A stretch of DNA of 64,000 nt from the human T2T-CHM13v2.0 reference genome, Homo sapiens: NCBI GenBank assembly GCA_009914755.4, contig CP086569.2:5152001-5216000 (forward strand), read 5' to 3'. Under the pieces are notes generated by a model. It saw only the letters and a list, made by a program, of their open reading frames with translations, did no database searches and was not told the origin of the DNA. A program made the position numbers and the translations under genes. Shown here in pieces: positions 11,776 through 25,260 of the stretch; within the stretch, counting starts at the first letter, position 1, and every line of letters starts with the position of its first letter.

Positions 11776-14247
11776 GTCTTATTTGTACAATGTATTTTAA
11801 ATGAGGTAGCAATGCATTATAAGTATTTAATAACTAGCTTATCAATTGTTACATTATATTTGTCTAAAGTTTGAAAACCACTAATTTTAAGCATGTATCA
11901 TTGATAGATCATCAAAAACTATATTATTAATAGAACATTTATTTTCAGCTAAATTGAAGAGACGTAGCAGGGTAATAAGGCCCAGCACTTAGATTTGATT
12001 ATACAATTAAAAATATTTTACACCATAAATGAGTATTCATTAACTAGATTGAATCATCTGACTCAAGTTGGTATGTCAATCAAATGAATTTTCAAATGTT
12101 TTAAAATAATCATATATTCATACGTTGATACTAGGAGATAAAAATATGTTTTAGAGACTGCTAAAAGGAAGGCAAACTTTTGCCCTTACTCTTAGGGTTT
12201 TTCTGCTGGATATGGGAATTAAACTGACACGAGACAGGTCAATAGAAGAAATGTATACATATTTATTCAATACAAGTTTTACATGGCATGGGAGTCTTCA
12301 TAAATAAGGAAATGAAGAACCAAAGTCGCAGTTGGAGTTGAAAACTTACATGCTGTATTGGACAAAATGTAGTAAATTGTGAAAATGTAGCAAGGCAAAG
12401 GGGTTTGGGCTACAGGAGTTAATTGGGTAGAGTTGTGACTAAGAAGATAAGGTTGGTTTAACAAAGTTTGTACAAATTTCCCTCAGTCTCAATTTTCTGT
12501 CCTCGAAGACAAGTTTTCTTGCCTTCCAGTACAAAAAGGATATCTTTCGCATGGGAATTTCGTCTCCTGCTGTTAAGAAACAGAATGAAGGTCAGAGTGA
12601 ACTTCTTGCACCTGCTGTTTTTCAAATGCCTTTAGCTCAAAATAATTCTTATGCCAAAGAGCATATTCTGGAATGATGTGTTTTAAAATCCTTCACTGCA
12701 TTAGATTTCAGAGTAAGAAAGGAGCAGAATATAACTCTTAAAAGGATGCTTCTGAATCTTAAAATCTCTGAGAAATTAGGAAGTAGGCTTTTCTTGAATG
12801 ACGCTGAGGTATTAACCACTTCGATTTTTTTAACAGCTCATTAATAATCAAGTAATTATATCAGAAAGATAATTAGATTTGATCCTTAGAAATGTGCCTA
12901 CATATTTTAGTGTAAAACTAAAGAGTAATGCTTTACTGAATTAACTAATTTTTAAACAGAAGACAGTGTTCAAACAAGTGAACTGTATTCATTTACTTTC
13001 ATTCATCTAAATGAAATTGTATCCTATTTTTCTAAGACTTCACGGCACTCATCCTTTTCTAATAACCAATTTTGCACCGCAATTCCTGTGGCAATTAAAA
13101 AAACAATAATTTACTTGCTTGTAGATGTTGCACTACAAAATGAGACATTTTAAAGACCAAGGATGCATGTTCCTATGAGATTGTTTTGAAGTTTTTATAT
13201 ATAATTATATTTAATGAAGTGACTGGTTATAATTTCCATGGTTTCATATAGTCTTTATGTTGTTTTTATTGCATTTTCAAAACCTCACTTTTATATTTGT
13301 CATTTTTTTCTTCAGAAATGAATCATGGAACTTTATATTTTCCTGGCCATTTCTCTTTTTATAATATGAATTTTAAAAATCAATAATGCAACCCTTTAAA
13401 AAACATTTACCAAATTTTAAATTTCTGAAGATTATTTTCAATTGAATTATGTGTAACTCACATTTTATCTTTTCCACCACAGAATACTGCTTCAAGTTGC
13501 CTCAGTACAAGTTTGTTATCTTAACATTTCTCTTTTATCCAAAGACGATTTATCCATTGTCTCCCAGAGAGTGCTCTTTGTCTCCAGATATTTGCACTTA
13601 GCATAGTAATAGTCAGGAAGACCTTTATCAATACTTTAGAATATCAATGAAAAGTCTTTTTTTTCCTCCTAACAAATGAATATTAGATGTGGAAGCTTCA
13701 CAATATGCTACATTTCTGGTATGATAATTGATTATATTTGTTTGAAGAATGATTCTTCTGCAACGTGAGCTTTTTGTTGGTTCAGTTGAAAATAATGGAA
13801 AGATCCTCTGGATCTGAGATGTGTTCAAGTGTAATAAGCAACATTTAACAAATGTTACACTGTTGCCATTTAACAAATGTCTTTGGAATTCAATTGAGCC
13901 AGGTTTTAAAGTGATAATCCATATCACCATGTGTGAAATGTAATTCAGATCTTGTTTATCCATATTTAAATTGTGTATAAAATTTATGAAAATGTCCAAA
14001 GGCTTATCAAATTGAATCATTAATTACTATCTTGAAATTATTGGTGTCAAATCAATGATTTTTGTTGATATTATATGAATATACGGATAAGCAAACTTAG
14101 ATGTGATTTCTTCATAATACATTGGCATGGCAAAATTTTTAAAATGTGCAGTTAATGAAAATTTATCCTAAATATTTGGGATTATTAAATATAAAATTAA
14201 ACATGCAGATTTTAAGGGTTTACCTCACTTACTTTTTAATCATTCCA

Positions 14248-14249
<2 letters not shown>

Positions 14250-14318
<69 letters not shown>
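14250..14318. repeat. (TA)n microsatellite, about 34 units with one CA interruption
   Basis: atatatat...atacacatatatat... directly abutting the poly-T of the next Alu. Confidence 0.9.
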
Positions 14319-14333
<15 letters not shown>

Positions 14334-14617
14334 GAGATGGAGTCTTGCTCAGTTGCCCAGGCTGGATTGCAGTGGCACGATCTCAGCTCACTGCAAGCTC
14401 TGCCTCCTGGGTTCATGCCATTCTCCTGCCTCAGCCTCCTGAGTAGCTAGGACTACAGGTACCCACCACCAAGCCTGGCTAATTTTTTTTTGTAGTTTTA
14501 GTAGAGACGGGGTTTCACCGTGTTAGCCAGGATGGTCTTGATCTCCTGACCTCATGATCCACCCTCCTCGGCCTCCCAAAGTGCTGGGATTACAGGTGTG
14601 AGCCACCGAACCTGGCC
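14319..14617 (-). mobile_element. Alu (AluS/Y-like)
   Basis: t15 then gagatggagtcttgctcagttgcccaggctggattgcagtggcacgatc ... ggcctcccaaagtgctgggattacaggtgtgagccaccgaacctggcc. Confidence 0.9.
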
Positions 14618-14753
14618 CATTCATTTATATTTTTAAGAATTAGTTTATGTTTATATGTATTTTCAATTATTACCTGAAAAATATTTGCTAGTAGTATCTA
14701 GTTAAAGATTATTGCATATTTAAAGTGTTTACCTGTTTACATGACTTTTAATA

Positions 14754-15062
14754 TTTTTTTTTGTTGTTTCTTTGTTTGTTTTTGAGATGGAGTCTTGCTC
14801 TGTCGCCCAGGCTGGAGTGCAGTGGCTCAATCTCGGCTCACTGCAATCTCCGCCTCCTGGGTTCAAGCAGTTCCCTGCCACAGCCTCCCAAGTAGCTGGG
14901 ATTACAGGCACCCGCCACCACACCCGGCTAATTTTTGTATTTTTAGTAGAGACAGGGTTTCACCATCTTGGCCAGGCTGGTCTTGAACTCCTGACCTTTT
15001 GATCCACCCTCCTCAGCCTCCCAAAGTGCTGGGATTATAGGCATGAGCCACCGTGCCCGGCC
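14754..15062 (-). mobile_element. Alu (AluS-like)
   Basis: T-rich leader then gagatggagtcttgctctgtcgcccaggctggagtgcagtggc ... cctcccaaagtgctgggattataggcatgagccaccgtgcccggcc. Confidence 0.9.
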
Positions 15063-18000
15063 TTGTTTTGTTTGTTAAAGGCAATTTTTTAAATAACCTG
15101 AGAAGGAAATTAAGAAATATTGATGTGCTTAGACTTTTGAAAAGCACTGTGCATATGTGAATGCATGTGCATGTGTGTGTGTATTCTTCCTACCATCAAG
15201 ATATCTTCTTTATGCCCTTCTTTCCCCTATTAGGTCTGAGCTCATATTTGTAAATGTATGTATCACAACATATTTTGCTGTTATTTGGATCAGAGAAAAA
15301 TCTGTTTTATAAAATGTACCACAAACTGACATGTCAAACTTGTTTTAAAAAATCAATTGCGGGGTGAGCAACTGTCTTTAATTTGAATTTATCCCATCTT
15401 TTATGACCAGTTTCCAACTTAGAGTTTACCCTCTTAACATCGAGTTACTTGTGTTATTTTCTCAAAGTGATGTGATTATTTTGCTTTTGCTTCATTACTG
15501 CAACAAAATTTAAATACCTTCATAAATAAGCAATTTTAGAGGAGCATGAAAACTAACAAAATGTAACAAACACACTGAAGAGATTTGATGATTTGCATTT
15601 TCATGAAGCTATTGAACAAAAAAAATATCCAGCAGCACTAATATACAGCAAATTCATCTTTCAACAATAGGGCTAACTTAATTCTTTGTGCCATATGTCT
15701 ATTAGGATTTTAAGCTGCTTGGTTGTCTGTGATCACTAAGTGAAGGTGAAGTCTAGATTAATAAAACATATTTCAAAGGCTGATGTCAAAACAGAAGCAA
15801 ATGTTCAGAGTGTGCTACTCTTTCTTTAGGTAAAATAAACAGCACCTGATTCTTCCTCTTTTCAGTATCACTTTTTGCAAAAATAAATAAATAAATAAAT
15901 CCTGTACTTATTTGTGACAATAACTTAATGTTCCATTATGTTTAATTTAACATTCTTTAAATTTAAACATTATTAGCTAATGGCAGTTTTCAAAGTACCA
16001 CCAGTTCTAACTCCTGACCCTTATGTCAGTTACTAATGAGACACTTGTGATTTACATTAACATTTGGAAACATGATCAAAATATTTTTTAAAAACAGATA
16101 ATTTTCCAGTAAGGAAATATTCTATATAATTGCCAGGTACAGTTTTATAGATTCTATGTGTTAATTACTTACTGAAGAATTGTCAAGGTGTAAGTGGAAA
16201 AGACAGAAAGGTATCATTTTGAAATTTAATAGGAACTTCAGAGAGCTAGAGACAACACTAGTCTTTTAAAATTGTAAAATGTGACCTACTGTATCTTGTA
16301 GGATGTAATCTTTTCAATTTGTATATCTTAAATAAACCATTGAATGCACTTCAGAAATCAGAACTTTTGGAAGGCTCATTGCATTTAACATTAGTTGAAC
16401 TCAGTATTGGACCTAGAGTCATTATACCTATTTGGGAATATTTTATTATGAATGAAGGTGCCCCAACACTACAGTTTATAGAGCTCTTAAGCACAAATCT
16501 CTTTTAGCAATATTTTTCCTTCAATGCCATGAGATTCATAGCTCTAATTTTAACAGTCCTATGATCCAACTTGTCTTCACTGTAAATAGAAGCAAAATTT
16601 TGTATTATGAAGGCTGTACCAAGCAATAATCAATTCTTATTAAATAGAAAATATGTGATTCCTTTATTCACACAAGCATATAATCAGAAAAAAATATTTT
16701 TACTGATTTTATTTTAATCCTTATAGTACCATGCAATTGTCTTAGTTTTTCTTCAGAACAGCATCACTCTAGTATGATCAAATTATCCACAGATAATTTC
16801 GTATCTGTGAAGCTCCCCCATCCCACGTTTTTTCATTATATTATACCATGGCCATCTCTGTGTTAATAATGTCATCACTAGATCATATGTATCATTTATC
16901 AAAAGTGAGCAGGAACACATCCTGAATGCAAAATCATTTTAGTAATAGCAACTAATTAAAGTGAATTAAAAGTGAACTGATTAAACTGTATAGTTAATGG
17001 ATGTAGTGGCTTGAAAATATAAAATTATATATATATATATCCAAAGACAATTCATCAATTTTGCCAAGTAAAATGAATATATTCTTGTTTCAGAATTAGT
17101 CTCTTATTTTTAAGATAATCCTATGACTTTTGAATGTTATAGAATTTAATTATTCAGCAGATAACAAATTGTAATCATGATTTCTCTGATCAATACAATG
17201 TATTTTTGATCTACAAAGAGGGTATATGAGCAATAAAAATCCCAGAAATGTTGCCCATAATGATTTCAAATGCCTTAGAATGATTAATATTATAAATTTA
17301 GAAAGATATTTTTGTGTAGATTTATTTTTGATTTTTACGAAAAATAATGATTTTTGAGAGTTTTTATTTCATAGTTTCACGGTAAGTTGTCTTGTTTAAT
17401 GGTCCTCTAATGAGAGTCAGGGTAAGAGATGTGATTAAATATAATATTGTGGCAAAAGGAGATGTCTATAGAATAAAAATTGTGAAATAATCATATTCTA
17501 AAATTGTTCTAATTAGGGTAGTCTGACATCATTAAAATTTCATTACTCTAATATGATCATATTAAAATGCCAAAAAAAGAGTCTATTATAAACATATTTA
17601 GAAAACTTAATCAGCATTCCCAGTTTTCTCTCATACACACATATAAATATATATGTTTCTGAAATTATCAAAGAACCATGTCTTAATCTGCTCAGGCTGC
17701 TAGAACAAAATGCTATTAACTAGGTGGCTTATAAACAACATAAATTTATTTCTCAGAGTTCTGGAGGCTAAGAAGTCCTAGATCAAATTGTTGGCAAATT
17801 CAGTGTCTGGTGAAGGCTCACTTCCTGGTTCATAGACAAGGAGGCATCTTTTCACCGTGTACTCACAGGGAAGAAAGGGTAAGAGATCTTTGAAGTCACT
17901 TATATAAGGGCACTAATCTGATTTATAAGGGATCTGCCCTCATGACCTAAGCACTTACCAAAGGCCAACTTCCAGATGCCATCACATTAGTGATTATGTT

Positions 18001-18109
18001 TTAACATATGAATTTTAGGGTGACACAAACATTCACTCTATGTTAGACCATGTGGCTTAAATAATCTGAATCTTACTTCGGACCTACTAAAACAGAACAG
18101 AATATTTGA

Positions 18110-19630
18110 ATTTTGAAACCCAGGAATTTGTGATGGCAGTGGCGGCTGTCTGGAGTGGCCACTGCCATGACACCAGCTGCAGTGGGGGAGGCTTGACCAG
18201 GGTTGCATGCTCCATGGAGCCTGTGGGAACCAGGAACAGGTGGGAGCCCCTCCTCCTTCTGAATTGGAGGGGTGACAGCCTCGCCTTCCCAGGTGCAGTT
18301 GCAGGGGCCCAGCTGGGACTGCTGCCCCAGGTATCCTGTGCTCTTGGGGATCCAGGAAGCCCTCCTGCCCCAGCAGGCTTGAAAGAGCCTGCACCTGCTG
18401 CTTGGCCTCTCAGCTCTCCAGCTGCCCACTCCAATTTTGGAGCAAAGTTGAGGCCAAGCCTGGGCACTGTGGCAACCTGGTGGGATGTGTGTGAGCTTTT
18501 GGCGGTCCTGACATGCCCATGGCTGCCTCAGCCCCCTCCAGACTTTGACCACCCACAAACAAGGGAGGGAAGCAGAGGGGGTGCTGAGGGCAGCTGGGCA
18601 TGGGCCTGAAGGTGTCCTTTGGCATGAACAGCCTGGGTGCCATAGATGTCATGATTGATAGTGGGTGCCATGGATGACATGATTGATAGCGTCAGGAGGC
18701 ATAGAGGCTTCTGCTCAGAAAAGGGCATGTCCCTGGTGAAGTCCCACCTTCCGGTCAGAGAAGGCCTGAAGCCTGGGGGCCCGTTGGCCAGTTCCTCAGA
18801 CCAGAGTGAGAATGCGTGCTTTTTCTGGCCTGCCTATGGCTGTCCATGGACCAATCAGCATGGACTTTCTCCCGTCTCAAGCCCATAAAAACTCCAGGAC
18901 TCAGTGAGAATTGGACAAACGACAGATGATCTAACTGCTGTTAGGAGCTACCCACTCCGTGTCTTCTGAGAGGTGCGCTTTCACTCAACAAAGCATCTCT
19001 TCACTTTGCTCACACTCCAATTGTCTGCATACCTCATTCTTCCTGGACACAGGACTCAGGACCCACCAAATGGCAGGGCTGAAAGAGCTGTAACACAAAC
19101 AGGGCTGAAACACCACCCCCCCACCCCAACTTGCCACGTTGGGGGTGATGAGGATAGAAGAGAGCATAAGAGAAGAGCTGTGCCCTTTGGGGAGCCTGGA
19201 CCTAGGAGCTCCCTGAGCCAGGGCTGTGACACCCTTTTTGGGGCTCTGTGGGTCCTGGCATCTCCAAGATTCCAGGTGCCACCATGTTCCCTGGTGCCCA
19301 ATTCACTTGCAGTACAGTTGGTTCAGCTGCAGCCTTGCAGGGATCCAGTGCCCACGCTGGCACCTGCAGCTGCCCACCTCACCACAGCCAGTGTACCTGG
19401 TTATGCGCAGTGGCCGGAACTTGTGCTTGCTCACTCACACACCCCTCTCCTCCCTGCATTTGACTTGCCTTTGGCAGGCATGGGTTCCGGGCTGGTAGTG
19501 AGACCTGAGTGCAGCCTGCCAAGCCGAGTGGGTGGAATAAGCCCAGTGGGCCCGAGCAAAACTCGAGCAAAGGCACCATCGGCCACAGAGGATTCTGTCT
19601 GGTGAAGCAATACCCCAAAGATCTTGTGAC
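18110..19630 (+). mobile_element. GC-rich, roughly 1.5 kb LTR-like block, probably a solitary ERV LTR; family unassigned
   Basis: The sequence shifts sharply to high GC. A CCAAT box (gaccaatcagcatgg, 18850) lies about 35 bp upstream of a TATA-like cataaaaa (18884), followed about 100 bp later by ctcaacaaagcatctcttcactttgctcac (18980-19010). This gives the U3-R-U5 layout typical of ERV LTRs. Overlapping ORFs on both strands are not credible genes. Confidence 0.4.
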
Positions 19631-20046
19631 ATATGCATGATTAACAAATTAACTAGGTGATTTCTACGTAGCTGATGTTTTGAAAACCACTTGATAGCTA
19701 CTGGTTGCTGTAGCTAGCTATCAATTTTATCCAAATTTTCAATCCCTTATCTAATTCCCAAATGTTATGAAAGGCAACAAAAGTAGTGTTACAAAAGGTC
19801 CAAATAATATATTGGGGGTAAATATATAAGATTGATTTATGGGTTTTAGAGTTGGAGACTATATCTTTCTACTAGTTTGTATTCCCATCCTCAATTTAGA
19901 AATAATTAAGAAGTATATTTTTATACCTTTTTAAGAAAAATGAAAAGGACAGTGCCATATCAATTTACTCCTGGGACCATAGCATAATGATCTTTTTTTT
20001 TTTAATTCTTTAACTTGTCAGTCACTTTGAGGTTATTTTTAATACC

Positions 20047-20090
20047 GTGTGTGTGTATGTGTGTATGTGCGTGTGGAGTATGTGGGTGTG
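20047..20090. repeat. Imperfect (TG)n
   Basis: gtgtgtgtgtatgtgtgtatgtgcgtgtggagtatgtgggtgtgg. Confidence 0.6.
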
Positions 20091-22091
20091 GTAGACAGTA
20101 TATAGAGATATTTTTGTTTGTATGGAAAATAAGTAGAGGGGAGTCTGCTTTTAGAAGAAATACACCTCTGTAGAGAGATCCACAAGTAAAAGACTACAGC
20201 AACACTACAGATATTAGTTGATTACAATTCCTCCCCACAACTCCACCCACAACTATATTTACCACAACGTTGCTTGCTACTATCTTCCACACTGGTGAAT
20301 ATTATTACTGGAAGATGCAACTATTTTAATTTATTATTTGATTATCTATGATGATTATAGAACTTCAATGTTTTTTAAATGTAAGAAAAGTTCAAAGGAA
20401 ACATTGGTCTATTCATCTCATATTAATTTCCAGGAAGTGACACATATTACAAAGCAGCAATTATTTTCCATGTGCTAATGAACACCAGGTAAAAAAGATG
20501 AAACAAACATGTTTCATATACACCAGAATGGGTCTAAACAAATATGTTACCACTATCCATAAACTCAACACACTAACGAAATTACTAGCATACTGGCCGA
20601 TGTGTGCATTCTCCAATTTTATTAGGAATACATTCTAATAATTATTATTTAAAAACTGATATTTATTCACCATCATAACTTTTTGTTGCATTTTTTACTA
20701 ACATTAAACAAGAAATATTTTGATCCAAGCGTTTATGCCATTAATGACAATGCCAGGTTTTTCCTCTTTCATTGTATGCTACAAAATTATTCCAACATCT
20801 AATCCAAGTCAGAAACCATCTGTTGCTTGAATGACATTTGGCTTGTTTAAAATGTATTAATTAAACAGACATGTTGTGTAACTATGGCAAAGGGAGAATT
20901 ATTTTGAAAATATAAAGGAGTGACACCAGAGATGAAGCAGTGTTCAAACCAAACTTGTGGCTTATTTTATGGAAACATATTTTCAAATAACAACTAGAAA
21001 AACTTAACTATTGACTAATATTCTTAAAAATAAAATGATTATTTGGATCATATGTGATCCATGGTTCCATCATCTCCCAAGTCTATTTCATCACTGACAA
21101 TGGAGTAAGTAGTTTAGGTTTGATCTTGTTAATTATGCTAGTAGACTACAGGGACAAAAATGAAAAGGGTTAATAGCATCATAAAAGTTCTGAAAACCAT
21201 AACAAATTAGGATGGGAATTATAGCCTGGAATAGGAAGACTTATACATGAGTCTTAACTATCTTCAAACACAGGAGGGCTTGTCACGTAGAAGAACAATC
21301 ACACATATTTTATGTAGCTAAAGGCATATCTAAAGAAAATTGGTGGGAACTTCTCCTTCTGTCAATGTTTTCATTTCTAGCAGCTACCAACCCTCCTAAT
21401 ACACACTGTGAGCTGGAGAAACAGATATCCAAGTTTGTTAAAATTAAAAATAAAAGCAGAGTATGGTAGATATGATTCTGAAAACAAACTTTGTGATAAA
21501 TACTTTAGGAATTTACATGCCTTTATTCCCCCACTTACTTCCTGATATGAGGTTCTTTTAGGATAGCTGAGGCTATCAGATAACTATTAGATAGTCAAGG
21601 TGCTTTGGTAATTCATAAGTTTAAATGTAAGTCACTAAATATGGATGTGGTTAGTACCAAAAACAATGTAGATATTTCTACTATTCTTTTTTTGACTGAT
21701 AATTAGGCTTTTCATTGAAACCATTGTCTATTTCAGTTTTAATATTTGGTTTTAGTATTACTTAATGGCTTTTTTGACACATGCCAGTTTCAAAGCGTAT
21801 TAAGTTTCAATTCTGTCATATTTTAAATGTTAGTCAAAGAATTGTAGTTTCTCAAACATTCACAATATTGCTATTTCATTTGCAAAGTTCACACAACTGC
21901 AGTAATAGCCAATTTAACAATTTATAAACAATAACATTACTGAAAGAAGAAGCTTCATCTTGCGTATCTACAAATAGATTATTTCCATTCTGATTGAGCT
22001 GAAATGAATTATGATTCAAGGAATGAAGGAAAGTTGCCTGCTTATAATGCCATGTAGTCTTCTAATCAGCAAAAAATATGTCTGACTGTGT

Positions 22092-22131
22092 CACACACAC
22101 ACAGACACACACACACACACACACACACACA
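22092..22131. repeat. (CA)n microsatellite, about 20 units
   Basis: cacacacacacagacacacacacacacacacacacacacaca. Confidence 0.85.
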
Positions 22132-22332
22132 AAACTTATATCATGAAAAATGTAATGGCAGAATAGTCAGAGCTAGGAGGTCACCTGATTCTCATACAAT
22201 GTAGCTTCATAAAAAGCCTCCAGCACAGGCTAGTGATGTATTATGGTACTTAAAAAAAAATAGCCATGAAGGGTAAAACCCCCAGAAACATGAGAAATGA
22301 GACTATTCAAATTTTATGAAATGGAGCAGTGA

Positions 22333-22738
<406 letters not shown>

Positions 22739-23856
22739 TTATGACTACAAATTTCAGGGCCAAGTAGTAAAGACCTGCTACAAAATAAAAAGGCCTGACA
22801 TGTCATCTGTGAGATTTACACTGGGAATTATGATCTTCACATGGGATGTGCATGCTGGCCATATAATGCACATGAAAATCTTTAGTTTCTAACCAGGCTA
22901 TTTGCACATTTTACTTTATGATATACTGAGTAATTATAAATCATTTGGCTAAGAGACAGTACCTATGGGAAAAAAAATGCAGAAATCCTCTGACATTCAG
23001 AATGAGGTTGTTTACTATTATAAAATGTGGGAACTTGGAATCCTAAAGTATTCTTAATAGTTTGAAATTCAAAATGTTTTTTACGTAAATCAAAAACAAA
23101 CTTGCATATGGTAATCCTTAGAAAGTAATGACCCTACATATGATTACTCTTTCTAATCAGAGTTACTGGTGATGACAGTGAATCTAAAGGAAGATTGGGT
23201 TAGAGTGTATTAGGTTTGAACTCATGGCATGTGCAAGGTTGTATAAGTAATTCTAATGAGCCTTCTCTAACATGATACTCAAGTATTCTATAATTAGAAT
23301 CACAGGGTCACCTATCTGCATGCAGCCTCTTTGGTGCCAGATTAACCTGTCCGAAATGCCACTTACATCATGTTATGAAATGTAAAAATATTTACCTGAT
23401 AATTACTATGAAATGATGCCTTCATGAGGTTTAATGGACACAAGAATGCTGGGGATTTGATATTTAGTCTGTAAATGATTTATGTGAATGACACCAATAT
23501 AATTTCTGGGTATTGTTGTGTCCTGGAATTTTGATTCATTTGAGCTAAAAATGAGGTGTGTAGATTTTAGGGAGAGGTATCCTGTGCTGTTTCTCTCTGC
23601 TACTGGCAGAAAATAAGTAGCTTTTCAGGGCAAATATTTATTCATGAAAACGCCAGGATTTATTTCCATCCCATAAAGTCACTATTCCAGTCAATAGATT
23701 TGTTTTAATTTCTGTGTCACAACTTCTCTGCAGGGCTACAGACAGAAATTTGTCATGAACAAATTATGACATGAATATTAATGTAGTAGCCCTTTTATAC
23801 TGCACAATAATTATCTTTAACCAGCTTTTCCATATTGAAAAATTAGCCTTCCAGAT

Positions 23857-24136
23857 CAGAGGTCTTCAAACAATGGCCTTTAGAGCCAAATGATGAAGAA
23901 GTTCAAGCAAAACATTATATTTAATAATACATAAAAGTACCTAAATTTTAAATTTTAATGTCCATAAGTACAGTTTTATTGGAACACAGGCAGGCCCATT
24001 CAGTTTCATATTGTCTATGGCTGTTTTTACACTTCAACATTAGGGTTAAGTAGTTGAGAAAGAGACTGTATCATATGGCCCACAAAGCCTAAAATATTTA
24101 CTATCTCATTCTTTACAGAAAAAGTTTGCTGAACCT
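23857..24136 (+). mobile_element. MER5-like (hAT-Charlie) non-autonomous DNA transposon
   Basis: cagaggtcttcaaacaatggcc...gttttattggaacacaggcaggcccattcagtttcatattgtctatggctgtttttacacttcaacatt...gtatcatatggcccacaaagcctaaaatatttactatct...tttacagaaaaagtttgctgaacc matches my memory of the MER5 consensus, with CpG decay. Confidence 0.5.
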
Positions 24137-24214
24137 TCAGTTTAATGGTTATAAGAGGGGTCCTAGAGGATGATTAGTTTATCATCCTTAAAACTGTAGA
24201 TAAATGTTGTGGTT

Positions 24215-25260
24215 TTTTTTTTTTAATTATACTTAAGTTTTGGGATACATGTGCAGAACGTGCAGGTTTTTTACATAAGTATACACATGCCATGGTGGTT
24301 TGCAGCATCCATCAACCCATCACCTACATTAGGTATTTCTCCTAATGCTATCTCTCCCCTAGCCCCACACCCTCCAACAGGCCCCAGTGTGTGATGTTTC
24401 CCTCCCTGTGTCCATATGTTCTTATTGTTCAACTCCCACTTAAGAGTGACAACATGCAGTGTTTGGTTTTCTGTTCCTGTGTTAGTTTGCTGAGAATGAT
24501 GGTTTCCAGCTTCATCCATGTCCCTGCAAAGGAAATGAACTCATCCTCTTTTATGGCTGCATAGTATTCCATGGAGTGTATGTGCTACATTTTCTTAATC
24601 CAGTCTATCATTGTTGGACATTTGGGTTGGTTCCAAGTCTTTGCTATTGTGAACAGTGCCGCAATAAACATACATGTGCATGAGTCTTTATAGTAGAATG
24701 ATTTATAATCCTTTGGGTATATACCCAGTAATGGGATGGCTGGGTCAAATGGTATTTCTGGTTCTAGACCCTTGAGGAATCGCCACACTGTCTTCCACAA
24801 TGGTTGAACTAATTTACACTCCCACCAACAGTGTAAAAGTGTTCCTATTTCTCCACATCCTCTCCAGCATCTGTTGTTTCCTGACATTTTAATGATCGCC
24901 ATTCTAATTGGTGTGAGATGATACCTCATTGTGGTTTTGATTTGCATTTCTCTAATGACCATTGATGATGAGCTTCTTTTCATGTTTGCTGGCTGCATAA
25001 ATGTCTTCTTTTGAGAAATGTCTCTTCATATCCTTTGCCCACTTTTTAATGGGGTTGTTTGTTTTTTTCTTGTAAATTTGTTTAAGTTCTTTGTAGATTC
25101 TGGGTATTAGTCCTTTGTCAGATGGATAGATTGCAAATATTTTCTCCCATTCTGTAGGTTGCCTGCTCACTCTGATGATAGTTTCTTTAAATGTTGTAAA
25201 TTTTTTATATATTATGAATTTCTACATAGATCCAACAAGCTATTGACAATGTTTTAGTTA
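24215..25260 (-). mobile_element. Young primate L1 (L1PA-like) 3' end: C-terminal ORF2 plus 3'UTR, 5'-truncated
   Basis: A poly-T at the left is followed by the reverse complement of the L1 3'UTR, ttaagttttgggatacatgtgcagaacgtgcaggtt. Minus-strand ORFs read [58 protein letters not shown] and [60 protein letters not shown]...FTIAKTWNQPKCPTMIDWIKKM. Confidence 0.85.

Noticed and set aside
11638-11874. 78 aa ORF (MCGINGHGGGSSSRDNSHNIRSRRRSGSSHSGLPHPDPH...) across the CpG island
   Set aside because: It is one of three open frames in a short GC-rich segment and runs on into AT-rich non-coding sequence. I kept the locus as a candidate promoter or first exon (see findings), but this particular ORF is not supportable as a gene.
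18038-19647. Dense overlapping ORFs (up to 210 aa) on both strands in a GC-rich block
   Set aside because: High GC lowers stop-codon frequency, so ORFs open in several frames on both strands. The region has LTR promoter and poly-A architecture, not a coding signature. The translations are Pro/Gly/Ala/Arg-rich nonsense with no consistent frame.
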